Virus record (IMG/VR): IMGVR_UViG_3300049795_000025
Coordinates: 1 to 57,340 of that record
Source: a virus
Lineage: Duplodnaviria > Caudoviricetes
DNA: 57,340 nt
Reading direction: 5' to 3' (one strand)
Below, piece by piece: positions 55,231 to 57,340 of this stretch. The position numbers and the translations under genes were made by a program. The notes under the pieces are model-generated. The model ran no database searches. It was given only the letters and a program-made list of their open reading frames with translations, and was not told the origin of the DNA. Positions within the stretch are counted from its first letter, which is position 1. Every line of letters begins with the position of its first letter.

Positions 55231-55872
55231 CTATCCGCGGTTGACTCGCGTTCCCATAACCGGCAGCCGGGACGCCATGGCACCCTTCTTGGGTCCACCT
55301 GTGCCGTTCGTTCCGTTGTTGCCCGGGGCGGTCCCAGGCGGAGTTTTCGCCACGTCCTCGCCGTCGGCCTTGATTAGGTATGCGTCGGACTTAGCTAGTG
55401 CGTTGAGCGCGTCCTTCAAGCCGCTCACTGCACCATCATCGTCGATCGTCACCTGGGAGAGATCGATCAGCCGCATAGCGCGCTCGGGGTTATGCCAGGA
55501 ATACGTGTTGTCACCGAGGAACGCCACCTTGAGCGCAAGCTCTCGATTGGTATTCGTCAGCTTCTCAACCGTCTTGACGGCTTCCTCGTGGTCACGCTTG
55601 AGCTTCTCGGCCTCGGGCAGATCTTTGTCGCGAAGCTGCTTGAGCTGCGCGTCGATTTCTGCTGCCCGCCTATCGGATGCGAGAGTCCTCTGTCGCTGCT
55701 TCTCCAGCTCAGCCCGCAGACCGTCGGCCTCGGTAGGCTGCACCGTACCGGCACCGCTCTGTGTGCCGTTGCCGCTCGTAGAACCCGTTACATCCGTACC
55801 GTCCGTGGTGGAATCAACAGTGCCGCTCTGTGCACCGTCTGCGCCGCTCTGTGCGCCTTCACCCTCGGCCAT
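55231..55872 (-). CDS. Scaffolding protein
   Basis: Low-complexity N-terminus, coiled coil, YL motif. Confidence 0.8.
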   Translation of the reverse strand: MAEGEGAQSGADGAQSGTVDSTTDGTDVTGSTSGNGTQSGAGTVQPTEADGLRAELEKQRQRTLASDRRAAEIDAQLKQLRDKDLPEAEKLKRDHEEAVKTVEKLTNTNRELALKVAFLGDNTYSWHNPERAMRLIDLSQVTIDDDGAVSGLKDALNALAKSDAYLIKADGEDVAKTPPGTAPGNNGTNGTGGPKKGAMASRLPVMGTRVNRG

Positions 55873-55913
55873 GTCTATCGCTCCTCAGTTTATACCTGTG
55901 CTAGGCGGCAAGT

Positions 55914-56093
55914 CTAGCCGGGTTGGAATCCATCCCAGTCCGGGATGGGTTTCTTGCTGGCCGGAAGGCTCAATATTGGTGCATTCGGCGGTGCATCCTG
56001 CCTAGCCTGCACACGCTCAGCATCAGTCATCTCCTCAGCTTCGGCGATCAACTCGGATCTCAAGATAGCGGACGCCTTGGGCATCGGTTCCAT
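55914..56093 (-). CDS. Small protein (59 aa) downstream of MuF-ART
   Basis: MEPMPKASAILRSELIAEAEEM...DWDGFQPG; GGAAGGTGG SD; below the ORF-track cutoff. Confidence 0.55.
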   Translation of the reverse strand: MEPMPKASAILRSELIAEAEEMTDAERVQARQDAPPNAPILSLPASKKPIPDWDGFQPG

Positions 56094-56119
56094 TGTCTTT
56101 CACCACCTTCCATACCAGA

Positions 56120-57340
56120 TCATGCTGCAGCGTTATCTCGGCCTGTCGCCTTCTTGATTTCGACGCGCTGCCGAGTCGAAACCTCTACATCGATCACACG
56201 CTTGCCACTCGGGCCCATCCCGTGATCCTTGACAACCTTCCAGGCCGTTCCGCGGGCTAGGAGAATCTCCGCCTGATTATGATCGTGGCTTTCGCTGATC
56301 TGCACAGCCTTGGTGCCAGCCGGAGTCAATACCCGGATCAATATTCCATTATCGCCAACAATGAATTCACGTGCCACACTCTCCTCTGTAGAGGTAGAGG
56401 AGTACGCAAGCTCTTCCCATGAGAATCCAGTCAGATCACCGGTAAGAGCATCGCCAAACAATCGATCTGCATTCGAGATACCACGCCAGGCCTCGACATG
56501 ATTTGGCAGCACGCTACCATCCATCGCACTATCAATCTCAGCGATTGTCGCAGCTGTGCGAGCTTCAGACTTATCAGAGATCTCGGTGCGTCGCCGCAAG
56601 AACCCATTCAAACCGAGGAAGGCCGCACTCTCGTATGTCTTGAAGGCATTCCGTTGCTTGGTGGTTAGCGATCCTGGCTTCGGAAGGCCCTTCGGCACGG
56701 AGTCCAATGCAGAATCTCCTGATAGCCGCAACGGCACATGCGGCGGTGGAATCTTAGGCGGCAAAGGTTTTGGGACTGCAGAAGGTAGCTTGACTGTAGC
56801 TTGCGTCGGCTGTCTGATACCGAGCTTGGCATCCTCTTTCGCGAGCTCTCCATCTAGGTAATCATCGAACTCACCTGCAATGAACCGATCGATCCATTCG
56901 TCCTCATTTGGTGTTACCTCTGTGACGTAGCACATGCACTGCGGATGCGGCTTCCGCGGGACAGTACTGACATCCCATGGCGAGAGATCTGCATACTCGT
57001 TACACTTATCCGGCTTGGGGTGGCTCTTCGACAAGTTCCAGTCCATCTGCGAGACCCACGGCTTGTCCTGTGCATAGCCCACAGACGTCGCATGGAATGC
57101 GTTGTTGATCTCAGTTCGGGCCAGTCGCATTGCCGCATATCGCGTACCGCCCGGCAAACTCGGGTTGAACCAGTCGCGAGCCACCTTGGCGAACCGTTGC
57201 GCATTCAATCCAACCGCAAGTGTCTGGGTGATCAATCGATCTAACCGACCATTCATCCACACGCCGGTCCGATAGATCCGTTCGGCTAGTGGAACCTGGG
57301 AAAGGCCCATCCGCGCTAGCAGCGTATCCACCGTGCGCTG
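56120..57340 (-). CDS. 3' part of MuF-like minor head protein with C-terminal ADP-ribosyltransferase domain (whole protein about 532 aa)
   Basis: MuF motifs RLARTE and HPQCMC; ART motifs LNGFLR, AWRG, YSSTS, QAEILL. Confidence 0.85.
   Translation of the reverse strand, partial: QRTVDTLLARMGLSQVPLAERIYRTGVWMNGRLDRLITQTLAVGLNAQRFAKVARDWFNPSLPGGTRYAAMRLARTEINNAFHATSVGYAQDKPWVSQMDWNLSKSHPKPDKCNEYADLSPWDVSTVPRKPHPQCMCYVTEVTPNEDEWIDRFIAGEFDDYLDGELAKEDAKLGIRQPTQATVKLPSAVPKPLPPKIPPPHVPLRLSGDSALDSVPKGLPKPGSLTTKQRNAFKTYESAAFLGLNGFLRRRTEISDKSEARTAATIAEIDSAMDGSVLPNHVEAWRGISNADRLFGDALTGDLTGFSWEELAYSSTSTEESVAREFIVGDNGILIRVLTPAGTKAVQISESHDHNQAEILLARGTAWKVVKDHGMGPSGKRVIDVEVSTRQRVEIKKATGRDNAAA
57214..57340. 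repeat. Terminal direct repeat, copy 2 (circular assembly overlap)
   Basis: Identical to bases 1-127. Confidence 0.95.

Noticed and set aside
468-57244. Plus-strand ORFs, e.g. 11218..12192, 40916..41794, 54166..55209, 54818..56005
   Set aside because: They are antisense shadows of well-supported minus-strand genes in GC-rich DNA, with no recognisable motifs.

Overview
The window looks like a complete, circularly assembled tailed-phage genome of about 57,213 bp; bases 1-127 are repeated exactly at 57214-57340. It is GC-rich, siphovirus-like and probably infects an actinomycete. Every credible gene lies on the minus strand, and I found no integrase, repressor or lysin B, so it is probably virulent. 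Reading along the minus strand, the order is: probable small terminase, three virion proteins, large terminase, portal, a MuF-type head protein fused to an ADP-ribosyltransferase (spanning the contig junction), scaffold, decoration protein, capsid, neck, tail, tape measure, tail tip, amidase endolysin and membrane lysis genes. Next comes an early region (32.5-40 kb) built from repeated promoter/RBS cassettes that also carries a secreted neprosin-like protease and an I36-like protein. The replication and nucleotide-metabolism region follows (SNF2 helicase, Cas4/RecB-like nuclease, AAA ATPase, SSB, FAD oxidoreductase, HAD phosphatase, DUF6378-like protein, UDG, split DnaE, ThyX, RuvC-like resolvase, primase-helicase), then an iteron-rich putative origin. 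The strongest novel signal is a predicted ~150-nt small RNA (39841-39990). Its hairpin loop displays CUGGUCCCUUC, the exact antisense of an 11-nt RBS motif (GAAGGGACCAG) found perfectly at 8 gene starts and imperfectly at 2 more. Two tRNA-like elements and a second structured RNA region are also present. All family assignments come from motif recognition by eye; no searches were run.
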